Assembly: GCA_964234715.1 (NCBI GenBank)
Contig: OZ174276.1
Reading direction: 5' to 3' (one strand)
Length of the DNA: 64,000 nucleotides
Source: Podarcis melisellensis
Lineage: Eukaryota
Program-made: the position numbers and the translations under genes
Notes under the pieces: model-generated
What the model saw: the letters and a program-made list of their open reading frames with translations, nothing else
What the model was told of the DNA's origin: nothing
Database searches by the model: none
Shown: positions 13,901-27,377 of the stretch, piece by piece
How the letters are laid out: each line of letters begins with the position of its first letter
Position numbering within the stretch: the stretch's first letter is position 1

Positions 13901-15511
13901 CTCACTGCTACTTAAGCTTCTTCAATGTCCTGCATAAAATAAAAGACAGCAAGAACGTTGATGCAGTGGCCCTGCTACTGTTCTCTGAGCCCTTGCAAAT
14001 GCCTGACACTGTCATTCTTTGGTGCCAGCCGTGCTGTCATGGGAAGACTGAATAGGTGCAAATATGTTGCTAAAACACAGTTCTTGGTAACTTACCCATG
14101 CTGACCTCCAAGAACAATTCGGCCAACATCCCTCTCATTCTACTGTGTGTTAGCACCTCCGCGTGAACAGTTCGATATCGCCCTTCTGTTGTCTTATGAG
14201 ACAGCCTGTGATATTTTCCCAGTCTGCTTGCATTCTGCATGATGTAACTAGGCACTGAAAGATCCGCAGCCATACTGGGGAACCAAATGTTATGTTTTCC
14301 ACCCAAAGCTTATTTGGTTTGGAAAGCTTTTGGAATTCCAAAGTGATGATTTAAGATTTGCAAGGGGGTGAAAGTTTTGGCCACACAGAAGTGGAATTTA
14401 GTTAGCGGCTTGCTCAACTCACTGATCAGTTCAAACCCATACTTGAGACGAAGAAAATAAATGTTCACCTTGTGAAACCCACATGTATTTCCCCATAGTT
14501 CCTCTGCTATTTTGGGGTTGTATGAAGTTTCTATTTTACTTGCCCAGTCATATCACAGGACTAAGATGACCACGGCATGCCAGCCAACAACATAAACCCA
14601 TTTAAATTTTACATTGGTTGCCAAATAACTGAACACATATCATCTTTTCATACTACATACATTCCAATTAGCATGGCCTGACCAGTTTAAGAGGTAGACA
14701 TTTTAAGCAGGAACCTGCTGAGCATGTTCAATCTCTAGTGAGAACTAGTTTTTTGCTCACAGGTATCCTTACTGGTGTGCACTGCATCAAAACAAACAAA
14801 AATGGCCATCTAAATTTTGAACAGTAAATAGTTCCACTCTGGAAACAGATCTGAATTACTGACTCTGGTGAAAGCTATGAATTCCATATTTATTAATGAA
14901 CGCAGGAGTGATAAATTTTGTCATGAGTTATACGTGCTGAACCCAAAAGCAACTGTATTAACTTCCTAAGATAAAACTGCAACAACTAAAGAATACATAG
15001 CCCAACATGCAGTGCTCCACTCAGCCACTGCAGTCTTGTATCTTTCCCCCCACCTTCCCTAAAGTCAACAGGGGCAGCAATTAGCTGGACCCCAAACCGG
15101 ATTGCCCCTCTATGTCACAGCAACTTTTTTTATTTCAGTGGCCAATGTGTGCCTGGCTCTGGAATAAGAAACAACAAGAGGAAAAGGAGGAAGTTGAAGA
15201 TGTTGAGACTTGAAATCAGCTGTCTCTTTAACTGGTTTGAACAGAAGAATTTGTATTGAAGAACCAATTTCCTTGGACAAATAAAATGAATGGCCACAGA
15301 CCCAGTAAAACTGGTTTCTACAGAAGGATATGTTGCTACCCCCCCAAACACATTTGGTCCCAAGCCCAGCCCAGCCCAGCCCAGCCCTTGCGAACATCAC
15401 TGTATGGAAGAACCACAGAGACTGCACCTGCTGTAGGCAAAGCACAGCAAGGAGGCTGTGTTCCTGTGGCAGCAGTATGTCTGCATGATCTTCTTCATAT
15501 TTTGTTCACTC

Positions 15512-15517
15512 TTTATT
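15512..15517 (-). terminator. Putative polyadenylation signal (AATAAA) of QRICH2
   Basis: tttatt on + strand just downstream of the predicted stop; a second copy at 15129-15134. Confidence 0.55.
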
Positions 15518-15578
15518 GTCTTTCTTTCATCTGTAAGAACCATGCTTTCATTGGGGCACAAAGCTGGTGGGTCTCTGC

Positions 15579-15706
15579 TTATGCTGACTGCTCATCTGAG
15601 TGTCTTGAGGGAATCGTCATTCGTAGCTCAATGGTTTCTCTGTCATGCATTCCAGGCTCTTCCGTGATCCGCAAATGGGTTGTGGATTTGTCCCCTGCAG
15701 ACTTAG
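15579..15706 (-). CDS. QRICH2: QRICH2 putative terminal coding exon 20
   Basis: ttctgtgttgcag|(A)KSAGDKSTTHLRITEEPGMHDRETIELRMTIPSRHSDEQSA-TAA; phase 1 compatible; AATAAA about 60 nt downstream. Poorly conserved, so less certain. Confidence 0.65.
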
Positions 15707-15834
15707 CTGCAACACAGAACAGCCGCCATAGACAGAATCATAGAATTGTAGAACTGGAATGGACTACAAGCCCAGATCTAATTATTATGAGTATAAGAAA
15801 CTGATTAACCAATATTTTATCCATTGGACTACAG

Positions 15835-15970
15835 CAGGCATAGGCAAACTTGGCCCTCCAGATGTTTTGGGACTACAACTCCTACCATCCCTAGCTAACA
15901 GGACCAGTGGTCAGGGATGATGGGAATTGTAGTCTCAAAACATCTGGAGGGCTGAGTTTGCCTATGCCTG
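15835..15970. mobile_element. Short palindromic hAT-type MITE
   Basis: caggcataggcaaact...agtttgcctatgcctg; flanks gactacag/gacttacag. Related degenerate copies at about 3360-3460, 13440-13560, 18650-18790, 19430-19540, 41385-41515 and 63880-63975. Confidence 0.85.
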
Positions 15971-18315
15971 GACTTACAGCTACCATCTGCCCCAGCTAAC
16001 ATGGTTGGGGATAATGAGGTTTGCATTCCAATAACATCTAGCAGGCACCAGGTTCACAATTCTTTACATATATGGTTGTGCCAGCTTATTTTATAATGTG
16101 GGAAGTAGCCTTGAGAGCTTCAGATCACCTTGTTAAGAATGGAAGAAGAGGCTGCTGGATCAGGCCAATAGCCTATTTCATCCAGCATTCTGTGCTCACA
16201 GTAACCAACCAGATACCTGTGGAAAGCCCCAAAGTAGGAGCTGAGTGCAGTAGCACTCTCCCCATTTGTTGTCTTGCACGACAGCAGCAGGGCAGTGGAT
16301 AAGAGGTCTGCTCAGCACTATGACCTTGAATGCAAATTTATTAGTTTTTTACATGGCTTTGTTTCTGCTAGAAAAGTGAAGATGTAGCTCCCATGCAGAA
16401 AGCCTGATGCTTCACCTAGCCAGACTTTGACTGCTAGAAGCATAAATTTTCACCAACAGAAGGCTCAAGACCCATGCCTCCTTGCATGGAGTTTGAAGGC
16501 TTCCAATTTTATTTTTTTTAATTATTTTGCAAGTGAAAGTGATGCACAAAATTGGCATATTATGTGCACTGGCCCATTTACCGTGACAAACATTTTAGAC
16601 TCATGGGGTTGTGACGATTGATCTAGGTTTTAAAAAGATAGCAGCATCTCAAACAGTCAGTAGTTGGAATGGAGGCAGGGTTAATTTGACAGGAGCATTT
16701 AACCCCAGGATTTGGTTTCAGTGCTAGAAGTCACTATGGAAAATGAAATATGGCATTTGCAATTCTCTATCTCCTGCTAAAGAGGAGAGGAATTATCTTC
16801 CAGATCCTGTTAGCAACTTTTCTATTGTTATGCACAGAACAGAATATACCTGCTGCATCATATGTACTCCACCCAAGGAAACACATCACCCCCACACACC
16901 CACACCCACACCCACATCCCTACACCTTTAAGGCTGTGGAGAGCCTTTATTGGTCCAGTCTTCTCACAATGTATACTTGTTTTCCCACATTCAGTTTAAA
17001 AAAGTATATTTGCGTTTCATGTGTTACAGACTACTTCACGGGTACACTTAGTGTACTGCCAATTTTGTAACATGTAAAGCAGTCCTCAAGCCGAGGTGTA
17101 ATGGGGTTGAGCATCAAGCCCTTCTTGTCATTCCTATATGCAAAATGACTGCCGGCTTTGAGCAGAGAGATAATTTTATCCAGGTGGTTAAAATTTCTCC
17201 AGCAGCCACTGGCTCTTTCCTTTCCCTTTCACCCTCAGCCTTGCTCCTTCCACTCTTCCCCCACATTCGCCGCACAGGGCAGGCAAAGTTCACCGACGGG
17301 TTCTGTACATTTCCACAAGTTAGGTGCACTGCTTAGTAAACAGTGCTCTTGGTCTATGCTAAGCAGCTCCATGATTTCCTGCACTGCTCTTCAATCAGTC
17401 TGGCACACAGTCCAATTGTTCTAACTGACTGTGTTTGCAATTACATCTCAGATGTGAGCGTTCAGCACCACGGTGCTACCAGAAGGGAGCTCTCTATAAT
17501 GGACAGATGGATTGGCAGGCGTGGAGATTGCAAGCAGACCTAGAATCAGTGAACCAGTGACAGTCCTCTCACTAGAAGCCTTTGCTGGCCCTTTTTTTTA
17601 TTAATTTAAAGAACCAGCATGAAGCTACTTCCCTGAGCACAAAATCTGCAAAGATGTACAATGGAACTTGCCTATAGAACGCACAGAGGAAATACCCACT
17701 CTATAAAGCCTTAAAACTGGCTTAACTGAAATCTCCCCTGCTCAAGGGATTCTGGGAAACATAGTTCTGCAAAGAGTGTGCGCAAACTACAGCTCTCTTA
17801 ACAAGATTCCCTCTATAAACTCCAATTCCCAGGATGATTTGGGAAAGCCACAACAGTTTTAAGGCCGACCAGACTAGTGGGTTTTGGTTTTTTTGCAGGT
17901 GCAATTAACAATGGATTAGTAGTGTATTTAAACTTGACCATCCATCACCACCCCAAACATTCTGGGCATGAAAAGTTACCAGATTTCAGCAGGAGATTAT
18001 GGGACATGCAACGTTTGGAAACAAAACTGTATGTCCAATGTAGATGCCAATGATAACGGAAATCACATATAACTGTGCCAATGTCATCATTAGCACAAAT
18101 AATCATGAATGCATAAAAAGGATGTCTGCAGGGGCCCTAGGTACAGTATAAAACCAATATAAAAGCAGAGTTTGTCTCACAGACGCTCCACTTGTGTGGA
18201 CTGTCCTATTCTATATTAATCCCAGAATGAGTATATAAATTAAGGAAACCTCACTATCTTATCTGAGTGGGTCTCATCTCATCTTTTCTGGATCCTGACC
18301 TGGCTCGGAACTTAC

Positions 18316-18441
18316 CTGACATGCTGCGCAAAGACACTTTGGCAGTGTGGGGACGAGCTGGAAGATTGGCAATGTCACTCAGCGTGGGATGATGCCTTTG
18401 TGAGGACGACCGAATGAGCTTGTTTCTCGGTTTTAAAACAC
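18316..18441 (-). CDS. QRICH2: QRICH2 exon 19
   Basis: tcccaccag|(G)VLKPRNKLIRSSSQRHHPTLSDIANLPARPHTAKVSLRSMS|gtaagt; 126 nt, phase 1/1; LP.RP..A motif. Confidence 0.87.
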
Positions 18442-18560
18442 CTGGTGGGAGAAGCACAGAGGGTGGAAGGACACTTCAGTATTTCTGTTACACACATACA
18501 AATAGTGATGTAGTGATTTAAAGAAGCCAAACAAGAGCCATCCTTTTACATGCATCAGGT

Positions 18561-18614
18561 CATAGAATCATAGAGTTGGAAGAGACCACAAAGGCCATCG
18601 AGTCCAACCCCCTG
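18561..18614 (-). mobile_element. Very short CR1-type 3' tail
   Basis: catagaatcatagagttggaagagaccacaaaggccatcgagtccaaccccctg. Confidence 0.75.
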
Positions 18615-19082
18615 TAAGGTCTCTTACAGATGTGCTTATTCAGTAAACCAGGGGCGAGGATCCTGTGATCTGATCTGCCAAGATGTTGCTCAACTGCAAC
18701 TCTCATCAACCAAAGTCAGCCTGCCAATGGTCAGAGGTGACAGAGATGGTAGACAGGGAACAACTGAAGGGTCACAGGTTCCCCATCTGTGCAGTAAACC
18801 ATTTGGCAATTGCTGTACATCTCCCAGCTCTGAGACTGGAGTAAGGGTCAATCAAGAGATGGACTAGAGCTCTTTTCTTTTTCTTAAATCACCCCTAGCC
18901 ATAGAAACCGGCAGCAGGAAAACGGTGCTGGCTTTGCATTCTGCAGCTGAAGGCAAATGTTTCACATTTTCCATGCAAGGTAAAGGCAGCTCTGCATATT
19001 AACACTTAATAACCTGAACAGTGTTCATGAAAGGGTTAATAAAATCTACCCAAAGCATCTGCACATGGAATATAACACTTAC

Positions 19083-19170
19083 CGTCCTTTCCAGTTATTG
19101 ATGGGAGTTGTGCGTCCATCCGTCCTTTGTAGATATGACCATCAAGACCCAGTATATCTACCTCTTCATG
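19083..19170 (-). CDS. QRICH2: QRICH2 exon 18
   Basis: gattcctag|HEEVDILGLDGHIYKGRMDAQLPSITGKD(G)|gtaagt; 88 nt, phase 0/1. Confidence 0.94.
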
Positions 19171-19678
19171 CTAGGAATCAATGCAAGCACAGGGCAGATT
19201 TCAATTTAGCCCCAAGGGCAAACATTAAAAATCCATTACAAGCCAGTCCTGCAGTTTCACTCTATCAGTCTCAACACTTACGGTGGAGCTTGAAAAGCTT
19301 TCTCATTTTGACAGTACGGTGGCCAGGCTGGAACCTAGTAATCCCTGGTTTGCCTTTTAGATTCCCTGATCCAGTGACAGCTTCCCTGCCCATCTCTGCC
19401 TTAGTCCTGTTGTCCACTCACACCTGTTTGCATGTTACCTCCAACCTCCAGATTTTGTCGGACTCTAACTCCCATCAGCCCTAACCACTGGCCATTCTGA
19501 CTGCAGCTGATGGGAGTCCAAAAACATCTGGAGGGCATACATTGTTGCAGAAGGCTGCCCTACTCTACCAAGGAGGTTACAAAAGTAGACACTTCATCTC
19601 TAGGTTGCAACCTGTTGGTGGTTCCATTGACTGAGAAAGAGTGGGAAACGCTGGAATCCCCTCTGCAGTAAACAGATA

Positions 19679-19904
19679 CAGTGGTACCTCGGGTTAAGTA
19701 CTTAATTCATTCCGGAGGTCCGTACTTAACCTGAAACTGTTCTTAACATGAAGCACCACTTTAGCTAATGGGGCCTCCTGCTGTTGCTGTGCTGCCAGAG
19801 CACAATTTCTGTTCTCATCCTGAAGCAAAGTTCTTAACCTGAAGCATTATTTCTGGGTTACTGGAGTCTGTAACCTGAAGCGTATGTAACCCGAGGTACC
19901 ACTG
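19679..19904. mobile_element. Tc1/mariner (Tigger-like) MITE, opposite orientation to 10393 and 28453
   Basis: TA|cagtggtacctcggg...cccgaggtaccactg|TA. Confidence 0.9.
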
Positions 19905-22189
19905 TACAGACTTTCAATGATGTAACAGGCAACTTGGATTTTAAGCTGAATTTGTCCCAACGCTTTATCACATTTATTTCCATCTACTGGTTTAAAACTC
20001 TGAGATCCGAAGTAGTCTCCCAGTGCATATATTTGTAAGATTTCAGCCCGAGCGGAAGATAAGCTCTCATCTTCTAGACTGGCAGCTTTCATGTAAATCC
20101 AACACGTCATGGTTGTCAACTTAAAAATGCAACAATATAATATTGTCCTAAAAACCTCAAGAATTAGAAAAGTTAATGAAAGAGCCCAGTTGCAGCCACT
20201 GGTGAGGAAATCTATACTTTGCCCCCAGAAAAGGGAGAAGAACAGGAACTAATGGTCTGTAACCCACAACTGTACTGGGCTCTGTACTATGGTAAGGTCA
20301 GACCAAGAGAGTTATATGTTTACATTTTTCTAAGCAGAGGGAATAAAAGATGAACAAGTATGTCTTAAATTAAAGCAGGTCCATCATGCAGGTTTGGATT
20401 ACAGGTAGGATGACTACTTGAATACTGTATTGTTTATGTGTGGCATTTAAATTTCCAACCAGGAGGAGGAGCTTGGGCAAAAATTTTTTGGGTGGGTGGG
20501 GGATAATTGAAAGCTGGAGAAGGGAGAATTCTGTTCAATATTTTTACTTTCCAGTTGTTTTAATTTCTTGTGGTTAATTATTTTGAGTGCCATTCATGGG
20601 AGAGAGGTGGGATGCATGTTTTATGTCAGGGAAATATGGAAGGGAAGGAAAGGAGGCCAAGGCTGTGGAAACTAAGACAGAGGCTGCAGTTTGGATGGTG
20701 GGCATCTGATTGGGTATCTGGGGGAGAAGAACATCTGAGATAAAAAAAGGAACTAAACAAATATATGGCTTTTTGAGCCCCCACAATCAGGACATGTATC
20801 CTGATACACAAGAAGCCTCCAAACCTTTTAGTCATTGTATTTCTTGCATGGCTTCTAGCAACAAGCACTATGAGAGTTGGGATACTGGCCTAGAACTAGC
20901 ACTGGTTTGAGCTAGCAAGGATGAACAAAACATTTTGCAATCTAAATTAACTTTTTGCTAACAAAAGATAATAAAAAAAAAGAAATCAGGAGAGTGTGGT
21001 CAAAAGGAAATTTGTTTTTCAGTTATCTTTATGTTACATAATTCAGAGAGAGATAAGCTGCTGGCAGGTGAAATGTGTATCACAGGAACAATACCAAGCC
21101 ATTAGTCCTGCCATTAAGAGAAAATTGTAATGTCAGCTAGAAAGGAGCATTTTCTACACACGGCGATCTTGTTCTCATTCTCATTTAGATAATACATTAT
21201 TCCCTTTTTGCAGGGTCTGAAATAAGCCTATACAGCAACTTCCTCAAGGTCAACAAGTGTGTCCAGACCAATAATTGTGTTGCCTTCCATTTATTGTTGC
21301 CGTTCCAGTACTCAGCCTTTATACACTACTCAGAATTGTGGGCTTGGGTTTTATAACTTTTGTGTTTCTGAAAACCAGCTTAAATGTGTGTCCCCCGCCC
21401 ACATACAAGAGTAGAAGAGCCTTGAAATGGGAACCTAAAATAGGCCCGTTTCATTTTCTACTAAAATAAATTAGCAGAAAATAGTAGCAAACAGCCTATG
21501 TGAATGAGCACAAGTTTATGAAGGGAAGGAAAGTCTCTAATACTGAAAGAAGGGTTCAGCCATGGTCAGGAAAAAGAAAGTATGTGGTTTCTCTTAAGAC
21601 CAAGAGCAGTAAAATTTGTTTCGCTTCCATTTCCTATATGAACCTGCCTGACTATTAAGTTCAGTAGGGAAGCTCATATAACCCCTCTCCCCAATGTTAA
21701 AAAGGACACGGGAATGGGGTTCTGGGGCTCTTTCCATCGACAACCACAGTCATATCTGCTGCTGACAGCAAGCAGGAAGGAAATGCTCCCTCACCCTCTA
21801 TTCACACATTCAGACAATGTGGGAAAGGGCTCTCCACAGGCACTGATGCACGCAGGTACTGTGTGTGCAGGTGGCAATGGGTCAACTTCCTTATTGGCTG
21901 AGGCGAAAGGATCTTTCCAAATGGGGTAGGTAGGCAACAAAATGGGAGGTGGAACCTCAGTGTACATAAAGATGCACCTTGGGGCAAAAGTAAAAGTAAT
22001 CCCAACTTCAGATATAGTTTGATCAGCCTGAACTGGCGGTGACATGGAAGAGGTCTCCGGATCTTGGAAGAAAAAGCTCAGTATCAAACTAGTTTGTGGC
22101 AGCTGCGAAGGAGGCAAATTCCTTACTAGGGATTAATAGGGAAGAGACTGAAAACAAGCCTGTAGATATCACAGGGCCTTCATATCAAT

Positions 22190-22450
22190 CTAGTTGAGAT
22201 GCTATGTAGAAGTATGGCTGCCACATCTCCAAAAGGATATTGTAGAGGTGGAAAAGGTGCAGGAAATGAAGGGGCTGCAGCACTTCCCTTGTGACAAAAG
22301 AAAGCACTGGAGCTTTTTGGGGGGGGGGGGCAGGGAGCAGACCAGGAAAAACATGCCTGAGGTTTATAAAATTAGGCATAGTATTGCCAAAACTGACGAG
22401 GGAAGTTTTTCTCTGTGTTATTACTAGTGCTAGGGCTCATCCAATGCAAA
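22190..22450 (+). mobile_element. CR1 ORF2 C-terminal fragment
   Basis: YVEVWLPHLQKDIVEVEKVQ..MKGLQHFP..EVYKI, resembling CR1 YCVQFWSPHLKKDI.ELEKVQ. Confidence 0.8.
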
Positions 22451-22715
22451 GTGCAGTAGTGTTTTCTTTTTAAAAAAATCTAATCAATTTGATGAGGTTC
22501 AAAGTTACATGTGAAGAAACCAAATGGACAGAGGGTGAGCAAAAACTCAGTGCAATCCAGACTGAATTTCTCCCTCTTATGTGAAGTGGATCATGCAAAG
22601 CAAGTGCAGGCCTGTGCATCCCTTGTAGGCTCCAAAACCTACAGGTCAGCTCTGAGTCCAGCCTGACTTCCAAGCCCCACCTTCTGTCTTCCTCCCCACC
22701 CCCAGTTCTTATTAC

Positions 22716-22884
22716 CTTCATCACCGCCAACATGGCGTTTTCGTCCGGTTGGACTGGTGCCATAGACTGTGCAAACTGCTGCAGCCGTCCATAACGCCGG
22801 TATGGGTAAGTGAGGGTGTGGCTGCCCCCGCAGTGCCGAGGAACGCTTATGTAGCTGAAGTCTGACATATCAGCAAGCCTGTCG
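22716..22884 (-). CDS. QRICH2: QRICH2 exon 17
   Basis: cctaacag|DRLADMSDFSYISVPRHCGGSHTLTYPYRR...LAVMK|gtaata; 169 nt, phase 2/0. Confidence 0.93.
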
Positions 22885-25800
22885 CTGTTAGGAATCAAGG
22901 GTCAACAGGTCAAAGGGGGGGAAACCCGGTGTGTAAGGGGCCCGAATGCAAAAGAGCAGGCTCTTGAACCTTGAATGGTTTGTAGGTGGTGGAGTTTCAG
23001 CAAGTATAGCTTGTAACACAAACTGCACCATCTTTTACACAACTGTCAAAGGCACAGGTGCTCTGTCTTCTTGCTCCCCTGGCTCCCCACTACCAGTGAG
23101 TCTGAAGCTGAACTGACTACACTAACCTGGTTTCTGGAGGACAACACCCCAAACCATACATGGGTACCTGGGGGATTGTGACAAAATCTGTATACTCGTC
23201 CAACTGCTAGTGCTGGCTTTGCTTCTCCATGCTGCACCAATTCTTTAACAGACCAGCTGTCCCAACACACAGCCACAACTCCTCCTGCCTTATTCTTCAT
23301 TTTCTCACTTCACTACAGTGGCCAGGTGAAAAGGGGGACCAGGGTGGGCTACCACATCTTTAAACTGTGCAGAAGACGAGAATCTCAGCCGGTAAGCCTT
23401 GCATGTGGAAATCCCGTCTTCTAAGCAGCTCATAAAAGTACAGCACCCACCCAACCTGTCCTCTTACTCAACTGGGGATCCCATCCATCAGTCACAATCA
23501 TGGCTTACTAGCTAGACCAGTGATAACCAACAGGATGCTGTTGGCCTGCAGCTCCATTAAAGACCGATGGCCATGTTGGCTGGGGCTGAAGGGAGTTGGA
23601 GTCCAGCTTCTTCTGGAGGCTACCCTTGAGCTAGACCAGGCAGGACTTTCCTTTTGGATGTTATAGCTGGGGAGAAGGTGGTCAAGAGGGGAACGGGAAA
23701 TGAGCAAGGTGGAAGGTCTGTGGCACCACCTTTTGTTGTGGCTGCTGAGAGGTTAAAGGGAACAGGAAAGGTCTTATTTCCAGGTGCAATAGTAATTTGG
23801 TTTCGGTGCCGAATGTTAAAAAAAGTTAGGTTGCAATCCTACACTTGCTTACTCCACAGTAAGCCCCATTGAACTCGGTGGGGCTTGCGTTGAGTGTATA
23901 TGTGTAATATGCCACAGTAATGCTGTGCTTGATTTTTCATGGTACACTTTAGCAGCTACCTTGAGTCTCCTTTTGGAGGGAGAAAGGTGGGAACAGACAA
24001 GTAAATAAGATAAATATGAGAGAGCAAGCCAAATGCCGCTCCCAGGTTGTTTAGGGTCAAGTCCTGCCCAAGGATATTTTGAAATGCTAACTTCAGAAAG
24101 CACTTTTGGGGGTGGGTGGGTTTACATTTCTTTATCACAATTTAGCACCGCTGTCCTTAATTATCCCACAAAACACCACTCACAATTACACTGAACATTT
24201 TCAGAATGTCAAAACTGATTCATTTCCCAAATAAAGCAGAAAACACTAAGCCGCTCCAGAGAGGTCACGGTGGAAGGGAAAACTGAAATATTAGGTACAC
24301 ACTCAGTGTACAACAACAACAACCTGTTCCTGGCTTTGTCTCCCTGGCATCAAGCAGCAACACACACACACACACAACAGAATGAAAGAGTAGATCTTGT
24401 CACAAGTCAGCATGTAGACAAGGAGGGAGCTTCCTAGACAGAAAGTAGAATTTCAGGCATGGAAGCAATAGGTGGAGCAGCAACTAGCAAGCTAACAATG
24501 AAGCAGAAATAAAAATGCAAGCTACATTGCCAGTTTTGATGGGAGGGGTTTCTGAAGTCTTGGTGGAACTTTGCTGTTGGGAACTGGGGTGGCATACCTG
24601 ACCTGCAGTACAAGGTTAATGTTTGTTTGCATGTTACTTCTTTGGTTCTGCAGGTAAAGGAGTTGTCCTGCAGACATCAGTAAATATATTGTGAAGCTGT
24701 AGCAGTCAGGTCTGACTTGTTCAACAGACATCTCAAGCTCAGAGTTTGCTTTGGAATTCCAGATTTTATTACCGTGCAGCAGCAGCAGCAAGTCTGACCA
24801 CTAAATATGTGCATTCTTTCCATTCACAGAGCTATATGTACGCTAAGGAGAAGCACCTTAAGGGGTTGCTTCAGGCATGACGAAATTCCTACACTGAAGT
24901 TGGTTCTACATAAGAATCTGCATAAATCCTGCATGCTAGTTATCTAAGAGCACATGAGGAGTTTGTTGCTTCTTATCACACAGAAACTTGTTCCAAAAAG
25001 TGGCTTCTGTGAATAGGAATTTTCACCCATGTGTGAAACAAAGTGAAGAAGTTCCACATTGGTAAGTGAGAAGGCTCAGCAAATAGTTAGCTGCTCCTGC
25101 TCTTCTCGTGGCTGATTTCTTGCAAAGCTGATATTGTTCACAACCTATTTGGAATATCCACCTGGATAAAAATAATTAACCAGGAGCTCGACCCAGAGAT
25201 TTAGCTAAGTATTAATGACTGTTTCATAAATCTGACTTTCAGGGATTTCTGGAGTTCTGTTGTGTCCATGCCTTGAAATCCCTAGGATGGCTGTGTAATG
25301 AAGCATTACTTCAAGCCCAGCATCAGCACCTGAAATGATGGGTTAAATGTCTGGGCCCAGAACCCCCAGACAGCCCACTGGAGCTGACTCTGCTGCCCTC
25401 TCCTTTTGATTTTGATTTTTTAAAATGTAGCTTACCCAATTCCATACTCATCAAAGAAGCACTGAGCAAAGTGGCCTGAGCCACCAACATATTTTATTCC
25501 TCCAGACTCATTCTGGGATAATAAAATGGAGGCTGATGCAGCAACCACCCAGAGCCGGCTCGCCTGTGATGCAGGGAACAGTGCCTGCCTTGGGTGGTGG
25601 TAATGCAAGAGGCAGCACTCTGCCCTCTCCACCACTCCTGCCACCGAGGAGGAGGCATTCCAGTGTGCAGCGTTGCTGCTCGTCTTCCCCGCATCCAGGT
25701 GGAGAAGCCAAGGAAGCAGCAATATTTGGGTGAATGCCCTGGCTCCTGCCATGTTTGGTAAGAGCCAGGGTGTTCCTGTGTGCTGGCTTCTGCTTGGTTT

Positions 25801-26029
25801 TCCCCTGGGGGAGCAACACTCAGAGGAGCACCCTGGCTCGCACCAGGTTCAGCAAAAACTGGGGCGTGGCGGCAGAAGTGGGGTACGGTGGGTGAGGCCA
25901 GGAAGCTGCAATTGGGTGGGGCGTGGAGTTTGATCTGTCCCGGGTGCCTTCAAACTGAGTGCCAGCCCTACTTTGCTTCTCGTTGCTTTGGAGCTATGAA
26001 CTTCAACTGCTCGAGACCTTTTCTCCTAC

Positions 26030-26233
26030 CGTTTGCCATACGGGGTTGAGCCAAGACACTGGGCCTGCAGCATCTCCCTGATCATCTGAGCGTTGACCTT
26101 CGCTGCTCCACCACTGTAATGGCTCTGCACCTTCTGTATATCCATGAGCATCTTGGAATGGATGCGGCGCAGCTTATTGAGACTCGCACTCTTCTCCAGT
26201 GCATCAAAACGAACACCAGGTCCTAACTTCAGA
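26030..26233 (-). CDS. QRICH2: QRICH2 exon 16
   Basis: accctag|LKLGPGVRFD...LRRIHSKMLMDIQKVQSHY...QMIREMLQAQCLGSTPYGK(R)|gtagga; 204 nt, phase 2/2. Confidence 0.92.
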
Positions 26234-27275
26234 CTAGGGTGGGGTACAATAGGATGGGAAGGGGAAAGGTGGGGTGCAGCAGCACAAGCCAGAGAGCAAG
26301 GAGACGGCAAACAGCCACAGAAAGAGAATGGAAAAGAGAAATCATACTGTTAAGCAGGCCTGTTGCTTCCAGCATGCCTTGCTTGCATTTTACACGCCTT
26401 TTGTGAGAAAGCAGGAACTAGTGAGAACATTTACGTGGAGCTAGGCTACCCGGGAGGACCTAACCAGGTTCACTCAAACTGACAGCTATGAAGAATCTAA
26501 AAGGCAAAGGACACATGTTCAATGGGACACATTTTCTACAGAAGATCCTCTGGGTGTAACAAATGGAGGGGTTGCTGAGGTCTACTGGCCCATCCAGTGA
26601 CACTTCTATCTAAGGATGTGTTGAGAGATTGCCCAAAGGAAACTTTCAGCCAATTTTTGAGAGGGATGGTTGGAGGAAAGGGAGGGATTCACCCCCACCT
26701 ACCCCCTTATATCCCCATCCTCCTTCCACCACCGGTTTCCTAACTTTGGCACTGGGGTTATTTCTTTTAGCCTCTGGTTAACAGATGCCACTGTAATTTT
26801 TTGCTACACGGTGACAGAATATTGTTTGCAAGAGAACTGTAGGAAACAAACAATGGCATCCACTAGCTGCCAGGAAAAGGCTTGCCACACCAACAGAGAC
26901 TAATTCCCTGCCCTGCTCCCCTACCTGCCAGTTTGCTGAAACGATTGCCCCATTCTCATCACATGCAAATGGGGCAGAGGAAATGGGGGAGCTCCCTCTG
27001 TCCAACCTGTCAGTGAAAAATCTTGTTTTGCTAGGCAGGAGTATTTGGGCTGCAAGCTATTTTCCTGCCACTCCTGCCTTCCCCCAACAGAATGATAGCA
27101 ATATCACCAAGGCCAGAGGCACTTTGCATCTGTTCTCTTCTCAGTTTCATTCTCCCCAGCAGGCCCCCTATTTCCAAATCTGTGCCCCGTCCAATTCCCA
27201 CCTGACCTGCCTCTTAAAATACACACAAACTAAGAACCAGAAAAACCCCTCCGAAGCCCCTTGTCCTCTGCGTAC

Positions 27276-27377
27276 CTGCGGTTCAGCTGCCTGATTTGTT
27301 CCAATTCATAAACCATGTATGGCCGGAGGGATTGGTGAGCAGGTAAACCTGGCACAGCAGGGAGTGTAGTGATGTGT
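27276..27377 (-). CDS. QRICH2: QRICH2 exon 15
   Basis: cttggcag|HITTLPAVPGLPAHQSLRPYMVYELEQIRQLNR(S)|gtacgc; 102 nt, phase 2/2. Confidence 0.93.

Noticed and set aside
1-15000. UBALD2 exons expected from mammalian synteny (and PRPSAP1 at the right end)
   Set aside because: I could not find the remembered UBALD2 or PRPSAP1 peptides in any frame; they presumably lie outside the window.
25436-25512. Exon-like segment with GTAAG donor in intron 16
   Set aside because: In the required phase 2 it hits TAA after five codons; exons 16 and 17 already join with conserved sequence.
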